Of a stretch of 64,000 nt of DNA, positions 37,312 to 49,200 are shown one piece after another. The translations under genes were made by a program, and so were the position numbers. This DNA is from Bradymonadia bacterium. GTDB taxonomy: Bacteria; Myxococcota_A; Bradymonadia; UBA7976; UBA1532. Location: the NCBI GenBank assembly GCA_046290225.1, contig JBKAGE010000052.1, positions 1-64,000 on the forward strand, in the 5' to 3' direction. The notes under the pieces are model-generated. The model had not been told where the DNA came from and ran no database searches. It was given only the letters and a program-made list of their open reading frames with translations. Position 1 is the first letter of the stretch; the number at the start of each line of letters is the position of its first letter.

Positions 37312-38877
37312 GTGAACATGCCTGCTGGCAGCCCCATCCCACCACCCCCACCTGATCCGCACTCGGAGACGATGCCCACCCCTGTGCCGGGTCAAGAAGG
37401 TGTGCCCCCTCCGCCCGAGCTGTCGGAGCAGCTGCCGCCAGGCACCCGCGTGGGGGAGTATGCCATCGAGGGTCCCCTGGGCAGTGGTGCTTTCGGGGCG
37501 GTCTATGCTGCCACTCACCCGGTGATCGACAAGCCCGCAGCGGTGAAGGTGCTGGCCTGGCGGTACTCCTCTGATCCCGAGATGGTGACCCGCTTCATCG
37601 ACGAAGCCCGGGCGGTGAACCAGATCCAGCACCCCAACATCATCGACATCTTCAACTTCGGTCGCTTGCCCAATGGTCAGCGCTATCACGTGATGGAGCG
37701 GCTCTTCGGTGAAGGGCTCGACACGGTTCTCGCCCGGGAGGGCAAGCTCGAGCCGGAGCGCGTGGCTGAGCTGATGCGGCCCATCGCCGGGGCGGTGAAG
37801 GCGGCCCACGATGTGGGGGTGATCCACCGCGACATCAAGCCCGCGAATGTCTACGTGTGTGAAGATGGTGAGCCAAAGCTGCTCGACTTCGGCGTAGCCA
37901 AGTTGATCCACCGTCGCTCGGCCCATCGCTCGGCGACAGGAGTGGCTGTGGGCACGCCCGCGTATATGTCACCGGAGCAATGCCTCGGCGAGAAGATGGG
38001 TCCCACGGTGGACATCTACGCTTTGGGCGTGCTGGCGTTCAAGCTGCTCTCGGGTCGGTTGCCCTATGAGGCAGAGTCTTCATTCGAGGTGATGAGCGCC
38101 CATGTGAACGATCCGGTGCCGTCGCTGCATCGCATCGACGGGCGGTTTTCGCCGGCTGTCTCTGCGGCGCTGAAGTCGATGATGGCCAAAGAGCCTGAGG
38201 ACCGGCCGCAGTCGCCCATCGAAGCCGTGGAGACTCTGTGCGAGGCGTTGCTCAGCGGCGGGCGGTCTGCCGCTCGGCCGTGGCCGCTGATCGCGGCAGG
38301 TGCCGTCGCAGCAGTGGGCGCGCTCACATGGGCGCTGTGGCCCGGTGAACCCACTGCGGATCCGGCCGGAGCCACCCAGGTTGCGCCCACGGAGGTCACG
38401 ACTACAGACCCTGCGGTTACACCTGCGTCAGGCGATGTATCCACACCTGTTGAGAAACCTGTTGAGACTGTTGCCGAGGTGCCCGTTCGAGAGCCGGTGG
38501 AGACGCCCACTGAGCGTGTGGTCGAGCCTGGTCCTGAAGCGGCTCCTGACACTCGACCTGAGCCTGCGGTTGAACCTCCGAAACCACAGCCGATACAGCT
38601 GACCTTCACCGATCTGCCCAAAGACGCACAGATCACATGGAATGGTGAGGCGCACCTGCTCGACGAGAGCGGGGCCCTGGCGGTGCCACAGGGTGAAGAA
38701 GAGATCAGGCTGGTGATCTCGGCGCCGGGTCACAAACCCCGAAGCCTCAAGGTCGTACCCAAGGCCGATGCCACCCTCGACGGCACACTCAAGCGCATCG
38801 TGATCAAGCGCGGCCGACGCCGCAGCGGCTCCCGGGGCGGCGCCGCCGGAGACATCCATTCCATCGATCCGTGGTGA
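37312..38877 (+). CDS. Transmembrane Hanks-type Ser/Thr kinase
   Basis: LGSGAFGAVY, AVK, HRDIKPAN, DFG, GTPAYMSPEQ; TM segment; Pro/Glu linker; PEGA-like C-terminus. Confidence 0.93.
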   Translation: MNMPAGSPIPPPPPDPHSETMPTPVPGQEGVPPPPELSEQLPPGTRVGEYAIEGPLGSGAFGAVYAATHPVIDKPAAVKVLAWRYSSDPEMVTRFIDEARAVNQIQHPNIIDIFNFGRLPNGQRYHVMERLFGEGLDTVLAREGKLEPERVAELMRPIAGAVKAAHDVGVIHRDIKPANVYVCEDGEPKLLDFGVAKLIHRRSAHRSATGVAVGTPAYMSPEQCLGEKMGPTVDIYALGVLAFKLLSGRLPYEAESSFEVMSAHVNDPVPSLHRIDGRFSPAVSAALKSMMAKEPEDRPQSPIEAVETLCEALLSGGRSAARPWPLIAAGAVAAVGALTWALWPGEPTADPAGATQVAPTEVTTTDPAVTPASGDVSTPVEKPVETVAEVPVREPVETPTERVVEPGPEAAPDTRPEPAVEPPKPQPIQLTFTDLPKDAQITWNGEAHLLDESGALAVPQGEEEIRLVISAPGHKPRSLKVVPKADATLDGTLKRIVIKRGRRRSGSRGGAAGDIHSIDPW

Positions 38878-38886
38878 GCCCGCCGC

Positions 38887-40014
38887 TCAGTCGTCTCGAC
38901 GCAGCAATTTAGACCAGAGGCTGCGTTTCTTGATCGGCACTGGGGTGGCTCGGGCTTGCTGAAGCAGCGCCCAGAGCTCGCCAGCATCTTCCGGTCGCAG
39001 CGCAGGGTCGACAGAGAGTGCTGCGTCGAAGACCTTCTCGACGGTGGTGGGCAGATCGACACCAAGCGACGCGGGCGTGGGGCGCCGGTTGGGATCGAGG
39101 GCCTGGAACATCACCGAGCGGGTGGTCTTGCCCTGATAGGGTCGACGGCCTGCGAGCATCTCGACGCACACCAGAGCCAGGGCATAGACATCGGTCCGTG
39201 GTCCCGTGGGACCATGCTGGCGAGACATCTGCTCAGGCGCTGCGTAGCTCACCGTGAAGGGGGACATGGTGCTCGATGTGGCTTCGAAGCCCTGTGAGTG
39301 CAGCGCCGCCACTTTGGCCACGCCGAAGTCGAGCAGCTTCACCGAGCGCTCGGAGCCCTCGCCGATGACAAAGAGATTGTCGGGTTTCACATCACGGTGA
39401 GCGATGCCCTCGCGGTGCGCCACTGCCAGCGCTTCTGCCGCCCCTTCGAGGAGCTCGAGTACCTCGCCGAGGCGCCAGTGCTTACGATCGGCCTCGAGCA
39501 ATTCAGAGAGCGGTTGACCCTCGAGCCACTCGATCACTGTGTACATGATCTCGTCACCCCGGGGTGTGCTCCAGGTGCTCAGATCGAAGCTCTGCACCAC
39601 CGAGGTGGTTTGTCGCGAGAGCTTCGCCAGCAACGCGCCCTCTCGGCGGAAGCTCTCGAGCAAATCGGCACGGACCTCCGGGGTGAGTGGGCGCTTGAAG
39701 AGCTTGATGGCCACCGGCAGGTTCCAGGCGAGGTGCCAGCCTTTGTAGACATGGCTGAAACCACCCTCGGCGATGAACGCGTCCACGCGATAGCGGCCGT
39801 CGAGCTCTTGCCCCACCAATCTCAGCGGATCAGCCTTATCGAGGGTCTCGAAGGGATCCGGCTCTCCCATCTGTGCCAGCAACGCTTCGACCTGAGCGCG
39901 GACCTCGGGCTCGCCGGCGCAGGCCTGGTCAAGGAAGGGCTCCAGCTCACCAGGGACGAGCCCCTGCGCTTCCATGAACACCGCATAGACGCGGTCGTAG
40001 AGCGCTTGATCCAT
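38887..40014 (-). CDS. Soluble Ser/Thr kinase coupled to the ECF sigma factor
   Basis: EGGFSHVY, AIK, HRDVKPDN, DFG, YAAPEQ; N-terminal FLDQACAGEPEVRAQVEALL module; 4 nt downstream of the sigma gene. Confidence 0.9.
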   Translation of the reverse strand: MDQALYDRVYAVFMEAQGLVPGELEPFLDQACAGEPEVRAQVEALLAQMGEPDPFETLDKADPLRLVGQELDGRYRVDAFIAEGGFSHVYKGWHLAWNLPVAIKLFKRPLTPEVRADLLESFRREGALLAKLSRQTTSVVQSFDLSTWSTPRGDEIMYTVIEWLEGQPLSELLEADRKHWRLGEVLELLEGAAEALAVAHREGIAHRDVKPDNLFVIGEGSERSVKLLDFGVAKVAALHSQGFEATSSTMSPFTVSYAAPEQMSRQHGPTGPRTDVYALALVCVEMLAGRRPYQGKTTRSVMFQALDPNRRPTPASLGVDLPTTVEKVFDAALSVDPALRPEDAGELWALLQQARATPVPIKKRSLWSKLLRRDD

Positions 40015-40018
40015 GGGA

Positions 40019-40582
40019 TCAGCCCTGGGTCAGCTGATGGCGCAGCCAGGCCTTGGCCATCGTCCACTCAGCCTCGACGGTGCGCTTCGAGACCTCGAGC
40101 TCTTCCGCGACCTCGGCGACAGAGAGGCCGCCGAAGAAACGCAGGATCACCACCCGGGCCTGCCTGGGGTTCACCTTGGCCAGGCCGTCGATGACATCAT
40201 TGAGGGCCAGCACATCAGGATCATGGCTGATGGAGAGCTGCAGTCCGACGTCGAGAGAGACCTTGGCCACGTCGCCACCCCGCTTCTTGCGAGAGCGGGC
40301 TCGGGCGTGGTCGACGAGCACGCGCCGCATGACGTCGGCGCAGACTGCGAGAAAATGCGTGCGATTCTGCCATTTGGGCATATCGCTGCCGATGAGGCGG
40401 ACATATGCCTCGTGTACCAGAGCTGTGGGCTGGAGTGTGTGACCCGCCGATTCACGGCTCATCATGGCCATGGCGCGGTTGCGCAGCTGGTCGTACAGCA
40501 AAGGGAGAAGCTGCTCTTCAGCCTTGCGATCTCCGTCGCGGGCGTGGAGCAGCAGCTGGGTCAACTCGGCGGCATCACTCAT
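40019..40582 (-). CDS. ECF sigma factor, TIGR02999/ECF43 type
   Basis: HTLQPTALVHEAYVRL, MRRVLVDHAR..KRGG, LRFFGGLS..EVAE.LEVSKRTV..EW..AKAWL. Confidence 0.92.
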   Translation of the reverse strand: MSDAAELTQLLLHARDGDRKAEEQLLPLLYDQLRNRAMAMMSRESAGHTLQPTALVHEAYVRLIGSDMPKWQNRTHFLAVCADVMRRVLVDHARARSRKKRGGDVAKVSLDVGLQLSISHDPDVLALNDVIDGLAKVNPRQARVVILRFFGGLSVAEVAEELEVSKRTVEAEWTMAKAWLRHQLTQG

Positions 40583-40646
40583 GCGGCAGATGATGCCGAA
40601 AGGTGCCGTCGAGATCGAGAAGACTCTATGAACGCCTTGAATACCC

Positions 40647-43157
40647 TCAGAAAGGCGACGGCCGTCTGCACGCCCCCGCGGCGACGTCGCGGGCCTCGCA
40701 AGGGCGCTGCAAATAAATCAGCGCCGAGTCCTCGGCCTTCACCACCAGGTCGTCTACACCATCGAGGTTCAGGTCGGCGGTGTGCAGGCTCTCGATGAGG
40801 GTGTTGGTGACCGGGAACAGGTCGTCAAAGCCCACTGCGCCACCGACGAAGCGCATCCGCGTGAGCACGCCGCCCTGGCTGGTGAGCAGGCTGGGGCCTT
40901 CGTCGCCGAGGTTCAGAGAGGTGAGACCATCGCTGGCGGGGATGACGAGCTGTCGGGGCTCTGGGGGCAGCAGCGGGCGCTCCGGGTTGAGGGGCCAGAT
41001 CGACAGAGACCAGACCTGCTCTACATCTGTGGTGGAGCCGATGGGCCGATAGAGGGTCATCAACTCGCGGGTGCCGTCGAGATCGAAGTCACCCGCCACT
41101 GAAGCGGCCGCCACCTGAGCCTCGGCGAGCCGGCTGAACGCCGAGTCGCATCGCAGCTGGCCGTCGAGGATGCGAAACACTTGGATCTGCGCCTGCGCCG
41201 TCATGCCCTGGCCTGGCTCACGGCGACTGGTGAGTATGATCTCGTCGGTGCCGTCGCCATCGAGATCGATGCGGGTCACAGGTGCCGAAGGGCTGTCGAT
41301 GAAGGCGTCACAGTCGTTGCGCTCGACGGGCGTCTCGCTGAGGGTCTCGCCGTCGAGGTACACGACGTTCGTGGGCAGGTTCTGGTTCGCGACGAGGGTG
41401 AAGGCCAGGACGCCGGGGTCGAAGTCCGGGAAGTCGTTGGCGAAGAGGGCCTGAATACGGTCCTCGGGGGGGGCCAGGACTCTGGGGAGGCGGCCGGGAT
41501 CTCCGAGCAATGTGTATTGCCGGTTGTCCACGATGATGATCAACTCGTCGGCGATGTCGAGCTGCCCGTTGTCGGTGATGGGGCGTTGGGCGGCGAGGAG
41601 AGAGATGGTCTCTCCGAAGACATCATCGATGTGTCCCACGAAGACACGCTCGTCCGGCAGACCCTCTGCGCTGCCGAACAGGATCTCCACATCGCCGCTC
41701 CCCTGCATGATCGCCACGTCTGTCCGATGATCTCCGTCGAAATCGCCAGCGATGTAGTTGGCCCCAGCGGGGGCCCGGGGGCTGACCGAGGTGACGAACC
41801 CTTCGGGGCCGCCGAACAAGAACACGATGGAGTCAGGCCGGTTGCCGTAGAAGTCTTCGAAGCCGTCGTTGTTGAGATCTGCGGTGTTGGCGCCCTGGAG
41901 TGGCCCTCCGAGCTGGTAGACCTGCTCGAACGTCAGCGGGTCGCCACCTCGGCTCATCTCGACGTTGCCCGCGCTGAGCACGTCGGCGAAGCCGTCGCCA
42001 TTGAGATCGCCCACAGCAGAGGGGTCGAAGTCCCTCAAGGCGCAGTTTTCACACATCATGTCGCGGTTCAATGGCTCGAAGAGCTGCAAGTCATCGAAGC
42101 GGCCGTTCCCGTTATTGAAGGCCACAATGGGCACCGCTGCGTCTCCGGCTCGAGCTGCCGAGGCGATCAGATCGAGATCACCGTCGGCGTCGAGGTCGCC
42201 CAGAAAGGTGCCCGAGCGGGTCAACCTGAGCATCTGGGGCAATTGCAGAGTCTGTCGCACCGTGGCGGTGCACTCACCATCATCTGCAGGACAGTCGAAG
42301 GCGAGGACCCAGATCGAGCCGGTGTTGCTGGCCCCAAAGATCAGCTCGTCGGCCGTCGGGACGTCGTCGGCGGCGGTGCGATCGAGATCACCGACCGCCA
42401 GGCGCTCGAGCTGCCTGTTTCTGAGAGAGAGTTGCTCCTGGATCCCCGAGACATCCAGTGTGCTGGGTCCCACTCGGTTCCACGGTGAGTCAGGGCCGAC
42501 GAGCATCAGCTGCTCGGTGAGGGTAAAGGGGGCACGGACCCGGAGCGACTCCGCGATGCGCGGCGTGTCACCCACCATGAGGTCAGACACCACTTTTGGA
42601 GTCAGGAGTCGCTCCCGAGAGCCCTGTAAAATCAGCAGCCCGATCTCGGTGTCCATGAAGACGTCGGCGAGCCCATCACCTGTGGCGTCGCCCACCACGA
42701 CGTCGGAGAGAGGCGGCGGGGTCAGGGTGTGCACCGGTGTGGTGATGAAGCCCTGGGGGCTGCCATAGGCCACCTGCACCTCGCCGAGCTCCTGAGCCAC
42801 AAGATCGATGTACGTGTCACCGTCCATGTCTTCGAGGTACAGCGGCCGGCCATCGATGCCCACCAAGGTGGGTGAGTCGAACCGGCCAGAAGGCGCACGG
42901 CACACGCCATCTGAACCACAAGCCCACCCGTCGGGGCATATGGGCTCGCCGTCGATGTCGGTGCACACGAGTTTGCAGGCGGCCTCGCTCCCCGGCGCCC
43001 CACAGGCGTAGGGGCTCCCCTCGGGCAGGCCGTCGCAGTCTTCGTTGGCGCTGGGCTCGACGAGGCCGTTGCCACATCGAAGCCGGTCGACGCCTTCGAG
43101 GGTGTCACAGCCCGTGAAGAGGGGCAGGAGGAGGGGCAGGAGGGGCAGGAGACGCAC
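40647..43157 (-). CDS. FG-GAP/VCBS-repeat lipoprotein
   Basis: Lipobox FTGC; CGNGLVE..EDCD Cys motif; many GDxxGDGxxD repeats. Confidence 0.85.
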   Translation of the reverse strand: MRLLPLLPLLLPLFTGCDTLEGVDRLRCGNGLVEPSANEDCDGLPEGSPYACGAPGSEAACKLVCTDIDGEPICPDGWACGSDGVCRAPSGRFDSPTLVGIDGRPLYLEDMDGDTYIDLVAQELGEVQVAYGSPQGFITTPVHTLTPPPLSDVVVGDATGDGLADVFMDTEIGLLILQGSRERLLTPKVVSDLMVGDTPRIAESLRVRAPFTLTEQLMLVGPDSPWNRVGPSTLDVSGIQEQLSLRNRQLERLAVGDLDRTAADDVPTADELIFGASNTGSIWVLAFDCPADDGECTATVRQTLQLPQMLRLTRSGTFLGDLDADGDLDLIASAARAGDAAVPIVAFNNGNGRFDDLQLFEPLNRDMMCENCALRDFDPSAVGDLNGDGFADVLSAGNVEMSRGGDPLTFEQVYQLGGPLQGANTADLNNDGFEDFYGNRPDSIVFLFGGPEGFVTSVSPRAPAGANYIAGDFDGDHRTDVAIMQGSGDVEILFGSAEGLPDERVFVGHIDDVFGETISLLAAQRPITDNGQLDIADELIIIVDNRQYTLLGDPGRLPRVLAPPEDRIQALFANDFPDFDPGVLAFTLVANQNLPTNVVYLDGETLSETPVERNDCDAFIDSPSAPVTRIDLDGDGTDEIILTSRREPGQGMTAQAQIQVFRILDGQLRCDSAFSRLAEAQVAAASVAGDFDLDGTRELMTLYRPIGSTTDVEQVWSLSIWPLNPERPLLPPEPRQLVIPASDGLTSLNLGDEGPSLLTSQGGVLTRMRFVGGAVGFDDLFPVTNTLIESLHTADLNLDGVDDLVVKAEDSALIYLQRPCEARDVAAGACRRPSPF

Positions 43158-43219
43158 TGGGCACTCCGGGGGTGGGGGTGATGGGCGGGACTATATCAGC
43201 TCCAGGCAAGCGATGAGCA

Positions 43220-46200
43220 TCAGCCGTTGACGTTGTTCGCGCGGGCGCGGCCTTGGGGCGCGGCGCCGGGCTGGGCTGCGGCGCCGCCGCCGTTGTTGCC
43301 GTTGTTGCCGCCGTTGTTGCGGGGCGGCGGCGGGGGGGGCGCCGCGGCGCCGGGACCTGCCGGTGCGTTGCGGCCGGCGGCGTAGTGACGACGGGGCGGC
43401 GGAGGCACGCGGCGGTTGGCGGCGACGTTCCGAGCGGCGCCGGGCTGGGCCACAACCCCACCGTTGGCGGCGCCGGGCTGACCCCGGGGGGGTGCTTGAA
43501 CCCGGTTACGCTGGCGGTTCTGCGCGTTGCGAGCCACCTGAGCGCGGCGGCGCAGCTCGGCGATGGTGTTCCGGGCGTCTCTGATCTGCGTGGCGAGGTT
43601 GGTCTCCGCCTGGCTGGGGTTGGCGGCGGCGTTGAGGGTCCGCTGGTACTCAGCGCGCAGCTGGGTCGCCTCTTCGCCCACGGCGCCCATCTGGTCGAGG
43701 TTGTTCAGCCCGTTCTGCGCCGCCTCGGCGTCGAAGGCTCGGGACTGCTGCATGCGGGACAGCTGCCTCACCGACTCGTCGAGGCCAGTCTCGGTCTCGG
43801 TGACCGCGTCTTCGAAGGTCTGGATGTCGCCGTCGTGATCACCGGTCCAGTCCATGTCGTTGATCTCTTGGTCGGTGAGATTGTCGCGGGCGAGCTCTGC
43901 AGGCTGACCCCCCAGCTCGTGTACACCGAGCAGGCCGGTGGGATCTTGGAACTGCACGGGGTTGTTCAGGTTGAACATGTAGGGGTTGCTGGCTTCCATG
44001 GGGCGGCTCATGGCCACGGCGCCGGGCTCACCCTTGAACAAGGGGTCGGGGCTGGTCCAGCGGCCCAGGGCGGTGTCGGCGTAGCGCATACCCATCTGGG
44101 TCAGGCCGGTGCTGCTGTCGCGCTGGAACCCGTCGACGGCCTTGCGGGCGTCGCTGTTGTCGTCGCCGCTGCGCAGCACGCCGTGGGGGTCGAAGGCGAA
44201 GCGATCCACCACCTCGCCGGCGGCATCGGTGGTGAGCACAGTGTTCCCCGTGTGATCGTGGTGGGTGAAGATGACGCGGGCTTCGCCTTGCAGGGTCTTC
44301 GCCCGGGCGCTGGCCATGAGCAGGCGGCGGGTGGCCTCGTCGTCGGCGCCGCCGAGGGCGATGGCGTCGCCGGCGTTGAGGGCGTCGTCGGCGGCGGGGT
44401 CGCCGAAGATGGCCGTGGCCAGGGCGTCGGTCTCGTGGGAGGCCACGTGACGGCTGCCCAGGTACACGTGGGTCACGGCCATGCCGTCCTCGATCTCGAA
44501 GTGGCGGCTCACGGCGTAGCGCAGGTGGGCCCCCTCTTCAGCGATCACGCGGTCGGTCTCGATGGCGTACCAGAACCGGCTCTCGCCCTCGGGGGTTTGC
44601 ACCGCCTTGAGGCGGCCGTTGTGATCCCAGGTCAGGCTGTTGTCGCCGCTTTGGGTCATCATGCCCGCGGCGTCGTACTCGAAGGTGCGATCCCCGGCGC
44701 TGATGACGGCGTGGGGCTTGTCGGCGCCGTAGGTGAGGGCGCCGAGGTGGCTGGCGCTCTCGGTGTTGGTCGAGGCGCGCTGCACGAGGTTCTGCCGGTT
44801 GTCGTAGCCGTAGGTGATGGTTTCCTCGAAGGCCTCGCGGGCGGGGTCGAGGGTGGCAGAGGCCAGGCGGTTGAGGGCGTCGTAGGTGTAGAGGGCCCCT
44901 TGACCCGCGAGGCCGTCGACGGGCTGCAGGTCGTCGATGCCGGTGACGTAGCCGAAGCGGTTCCGGGTGTAGCCCAGGTCGAGCAGGGCGCCCTCGGCGC
45001 CGGTGACGCGCTGGCTGTCGAGCAGGTCGGCGGCGTTGTAGCCCATCTCCACGGTGACGCCGTTGCTCAGGCGCATGGTGTCGAGCAGGCTGCTCCGGGT
45101 GAAGGTGGCCGAGTCGACGAAACCCTCGATGGCGGTGACGCGATCGATGCCGTCGCGGGTGAACTCGAGGCGGGTGCCGTCGGGCATCACCATGGCGGTC
45201 TCGCGGTCGAGGTTGCTGAACTCGACGCGCAGCTCGAAGGGCACCCCGTCGATGACGGTGCGGGTGTTCACCAGACGGCCACGGTCGTCATGGGTGAACC
45301 AGCGGGCCCCCTCACCGGCGTGGGTGGGGAACAGGGTGCCCACGCGGTGACCGGAGGCGTTGGGGCACAGGTCGTCGGGGCAGGCGCTGGGCAGGTCGTA
45401 GAGGGCCTGCACCAGGGTGCCTTCGGGATCGGCGGCGTCCCAGACGCCGGTGAGGCGGCCTCGGGCATCGTAGCTGCGCTCCACGGTGCGGCCTGTGGCG
45501 TCGGTCTCCGACACCAGCTGGCTGGCCTCGTTGTAGACGAAGGTCTGGGTGCCGCGGTCCACGCTGGCGCTCTCGACGACGCGGCCGAGGCGATCGCGGG
45601 TGTAGGTGGTGCGCTCGCCGGCGGGACTCACCACGGCGGCGAGGCGGCCGCGCACGTCGTACTCAAAGCTGTAGACCAGTGACTCGCCGCCAGAGGTGAG
45701 GGTGTACTCCACCGACACGTCGCGGCCCAGGCCGTCTTGAACGCGGATGGTGGGGGTGTCGGCGAAGGGGCTCGCGGCGTCGGTGTCCGACACGTCGTGG
45801 AAGGCCACCGACAGGGGCAGGTACTCGCGGCGACTGAACGAGGCTTCGCCGAAGATCGAGGCGTCGGTGCGCACCACCGAGATCTCACGGCCCAGGGCGT
45901 CGAAGGTGGTCCGGAGCGGGGTGAGCTCCGGGGGGGTGTTGGGGCAGGCGCCGTCGGCGACGGTGTGGGTGCGGTACTTCGCCGTCAGGGCCCCCTGGTT
46001 GTTGAAGATGGCGTAGTCGGAGGCCTCGTACATGCCGCTGGCCACTCGAGCGAGCGAGGCGATCTCGCGGCCCTGGCCATCGAGGCAGCTGACCACCTGG
46101 CGATCGGGCAGGGCGGCCCCCTGCTCGCTGCGGAACTGTTGGGTCAGGGCGCTCACGGGATCACCATATTCGTAGGTGTACTCCACCGTGGGGCGGCCGT

Positions 46201-49200
46201 CGGGGTCTCCGTGGCGGTACCGGGCAGCCACGCGGCCGAGGTTGTCGTAGACCACCTGGCTCCAGGTGGCCTCGGTGACGGCGCTGCCGTCGACGATGGT
46301 GATCTCGCTGCTGGCGCCGGTGACGGTGCCCCAGATGTCGTCGTAGGTGAACTCGCGCATCAGGCTGTAGGGCTGCCCCTCGGGATCGAGCAGCACCTGC
46401 TCGCTGGCGGTGACCAGCAGGCCCTCTTCGTCGAAGCTCTCGCGGATCCGGTAGGCGCCGTTGCCTTCGGTGGCCTGGGGGCCCCAAGTCTCCACCACGT
46501 TGCCGTCGCTGTCGTGGCGGAAGCGGCCGGTGGAGATCCACTCGCCGTCGCTCAGCTGAGAGCGGGCGTGCTTGCGCAGGCCGATGGTGGCCTGGCCCAC
46601 GGGCAGGCCCGCGTAGTCGTCGCCGTCGTACAAGAACTCGGTGACCTGGGCCTCGCCCCCAAAAGAGGCAGCACTGTTGCGCTCAGCGGCGGTGGAGACG
46701 CGGGCGGGCAGGTTGAGCAGCCAGTCGTCGCTCGTGGCGTACTCGGTGGTGATGTACATCTCGTCGCCCTCGCAGTTCTCACCGCTCGGGGCGCCGTAGC
46801 CCTGGCCCGTCTTCGCTGGACAGGCGCCGTCGCCGATGCCGATGACGCCGAGCTGGGCGGTCTCGGTGACCTGGCCGTAGCCGTCGTAGCTGTACTCCAC
46901 CCGGGTCTTCACCCACGCGCTGGCGCTCTGGCGCTCCTGCATGGTGTTCTCCCGGGCGACGACGCACATGTAGCGTACGGGCCAGCTGGTGTCCGCGGGT
47001 ACCTCGTCGACGTCACAGTCGTCGTAGGCGAGCTCGGTGGTCATCAAGGGCACGGCCTCGCCGTTGCTGATGGCGTAATCCTCGGTGGCCATGAGGGCCC
47101 CGGCGAGGTAGCGGTTGGTGTCGCCCACGTCGTAGCGCTGCACCCGCATGCCGCCCTCTTGGGCGTCGTCGGCCTCAGTGGTCAAGGAGACCTCGGCGAA
47201 GCCCCGGAACTGCTTCTCCACGGTGTCGTAGAAAGCATCCCGGTAGGTGTAGCTCACCCGCTTGTGCTCGCCGTTGTAGTTGTCATAGGTGTCGATGCTG
47301 TCGGCCATGATCATGGCGAAGGGCAGGGTGTAGGCCCACTTCTCCTCGCCGGCGGCCTCGGCGGCGGCCATCTGCTGCACGCTGGTGGCGTAGGTGACCT
47401 CGGTGACGAGGCCCAGGCCGTTGGTGATCTCGGTGAGCAGGTTGGGTCGGGTGGGGAACAGCTCGAGGTAGGTCACGTCGCCGTCGGCGGTGACCCAAAC
47501 CACATCGTCGCTGCCGCTGCCGTTCATGTCGGCGAAGAGCACCGTGGTGTTGTCGATGCGCTGGGGCAGCGCCTGGCCACCCACACTGTTGATGACCGTG
47601 GCGTCGTCGAAGTGATCGCCGGCGCGGTTGAGGGCGAAGCTGAGCTGATCCGACAGCACGATGACGAGATCGTCGAGGCTGTCGCCGTTGATGTCCTGCA
47701 GCTCGACGAACTCGATCTGGGCCTCGTTGAAGGGCAAGTCGTTGATGACCCGTTCGCTGGACCACCGACCGTAGCCGAGGTTGAGGCGGTAGGTGAGCTG
47801 CCCGGGGGCGAGGATGACAGGGTCCTGCAGGCCGTCGCCGTTCATGTCGGCCATCTCGAGCCGGCTGTCGGCGAAGCCCGAGCCGATGGCCTCGACGCCG
47901 TCGGCGATTGCGAAGCCGCTCTCGCCCTGGTTTTCGTACACCTGGGTGGTGTCGAAGGTGCTGCTGATGACGTCGATGAGGCGGTCGTTGTTGTAGTCGA
48001 GAAACCTGATGTTCGACAGCTCGGCGTCGCCGCCGGCGAAGTCGTCGCCGAAGTCGGGCAGGCTGGCGGTGCCGCCGAGGCTCTCGACGGTGGACCAGTC
48101 ACCCTCGCCGAGGTTGTACAGAATCTCGCCAGTGCGCACGTTGATCATGTCAGCGCGGCCGTCGCCGTTGGCGTCGAGGACCTGCACATAGGCGCTGCTC
48201 AGCTGGTGACCGTTCTGATCGCCAGTGGCGCTCTCGATGGCGGCGCTGAAGCTGTGGCTGTCGGTGGTGTACTGGTTCTTGTAGATGCGGTGGGCGCCAG
48301 AGCGCGAGGTGTCGACGATATCGGGCAGGGCGTCGCCGTCGAGATCGACGAGGGTGGCGGCGCCGGTGCTCAGGCCCACGCCGATGCTGCCCATGTCCAC
48401 GAGGTAGGGGTCTTCGCAGCCTACGCCACCGTCGGTGTCGCACTGGGCGCCGAGGGTCTTCGAGTAGCCGAAGTTGTAGCTGACGGGGTGGGGCTCGTCG
48501 TTGAGCCCGAAGCGCTGCAGGCTGGCCAGCCGGGAGAGGCCACCGGAGATGGCCTCGTCCTCGTAACCGAGGTCGTAGCGCCACATGCGGGTCTCTTTGC
48601 TGTAGACGTTCACCGCGGCGAGGCGCTGGCTGATGAGCTCGTTGGCCCCGCTCCGGGCATCGGACAAGGGGTCGGGGCGATCTTCGTACTCGAAGGTGAC
48701 CTTCGAGCGGGCCTCGCCGTTGACGAAGGTGTACTCGATGCTGTCGAGGTAGGGCAGACCGTCCCGCAGCTGGTAGCTGTAGTGGGCCCGGTGATCGAAG
48801 CTGTCGACGATCTCTACGAGCTGATAACGGAAGGTGGCGCCGTCGCGGCCAGAGACCCGGGCGTTGTCGACGAGATCACCATCGGCGGTGGCGCCGAAGT
48901 ACATCTTGATGCCGTCGGGCTGCTCGGCCACCCAGTAGCCCTGGGTGCCGTCCCCGCGATCGATCCACAGGTAGCGCACGAACCCGCCTTCGATGCGGGC
49001 CCGATACACACCCTCGCCCACGTGCACGAGCTGGTCACCGCCGTTGGCGACGAAGTCATCGTCGGCGGTGTACTTGGGCAGCCCCCACTGGGTCATGCGC
49101 TCCATGAAGGGCACGGACATGTCCCAGCCGATGCCCATGATGCCCGCGGAGCCGCCGCTGTTATAGGCGATGCTCAAGTTGGGGGTGATACCGGGGAAGC

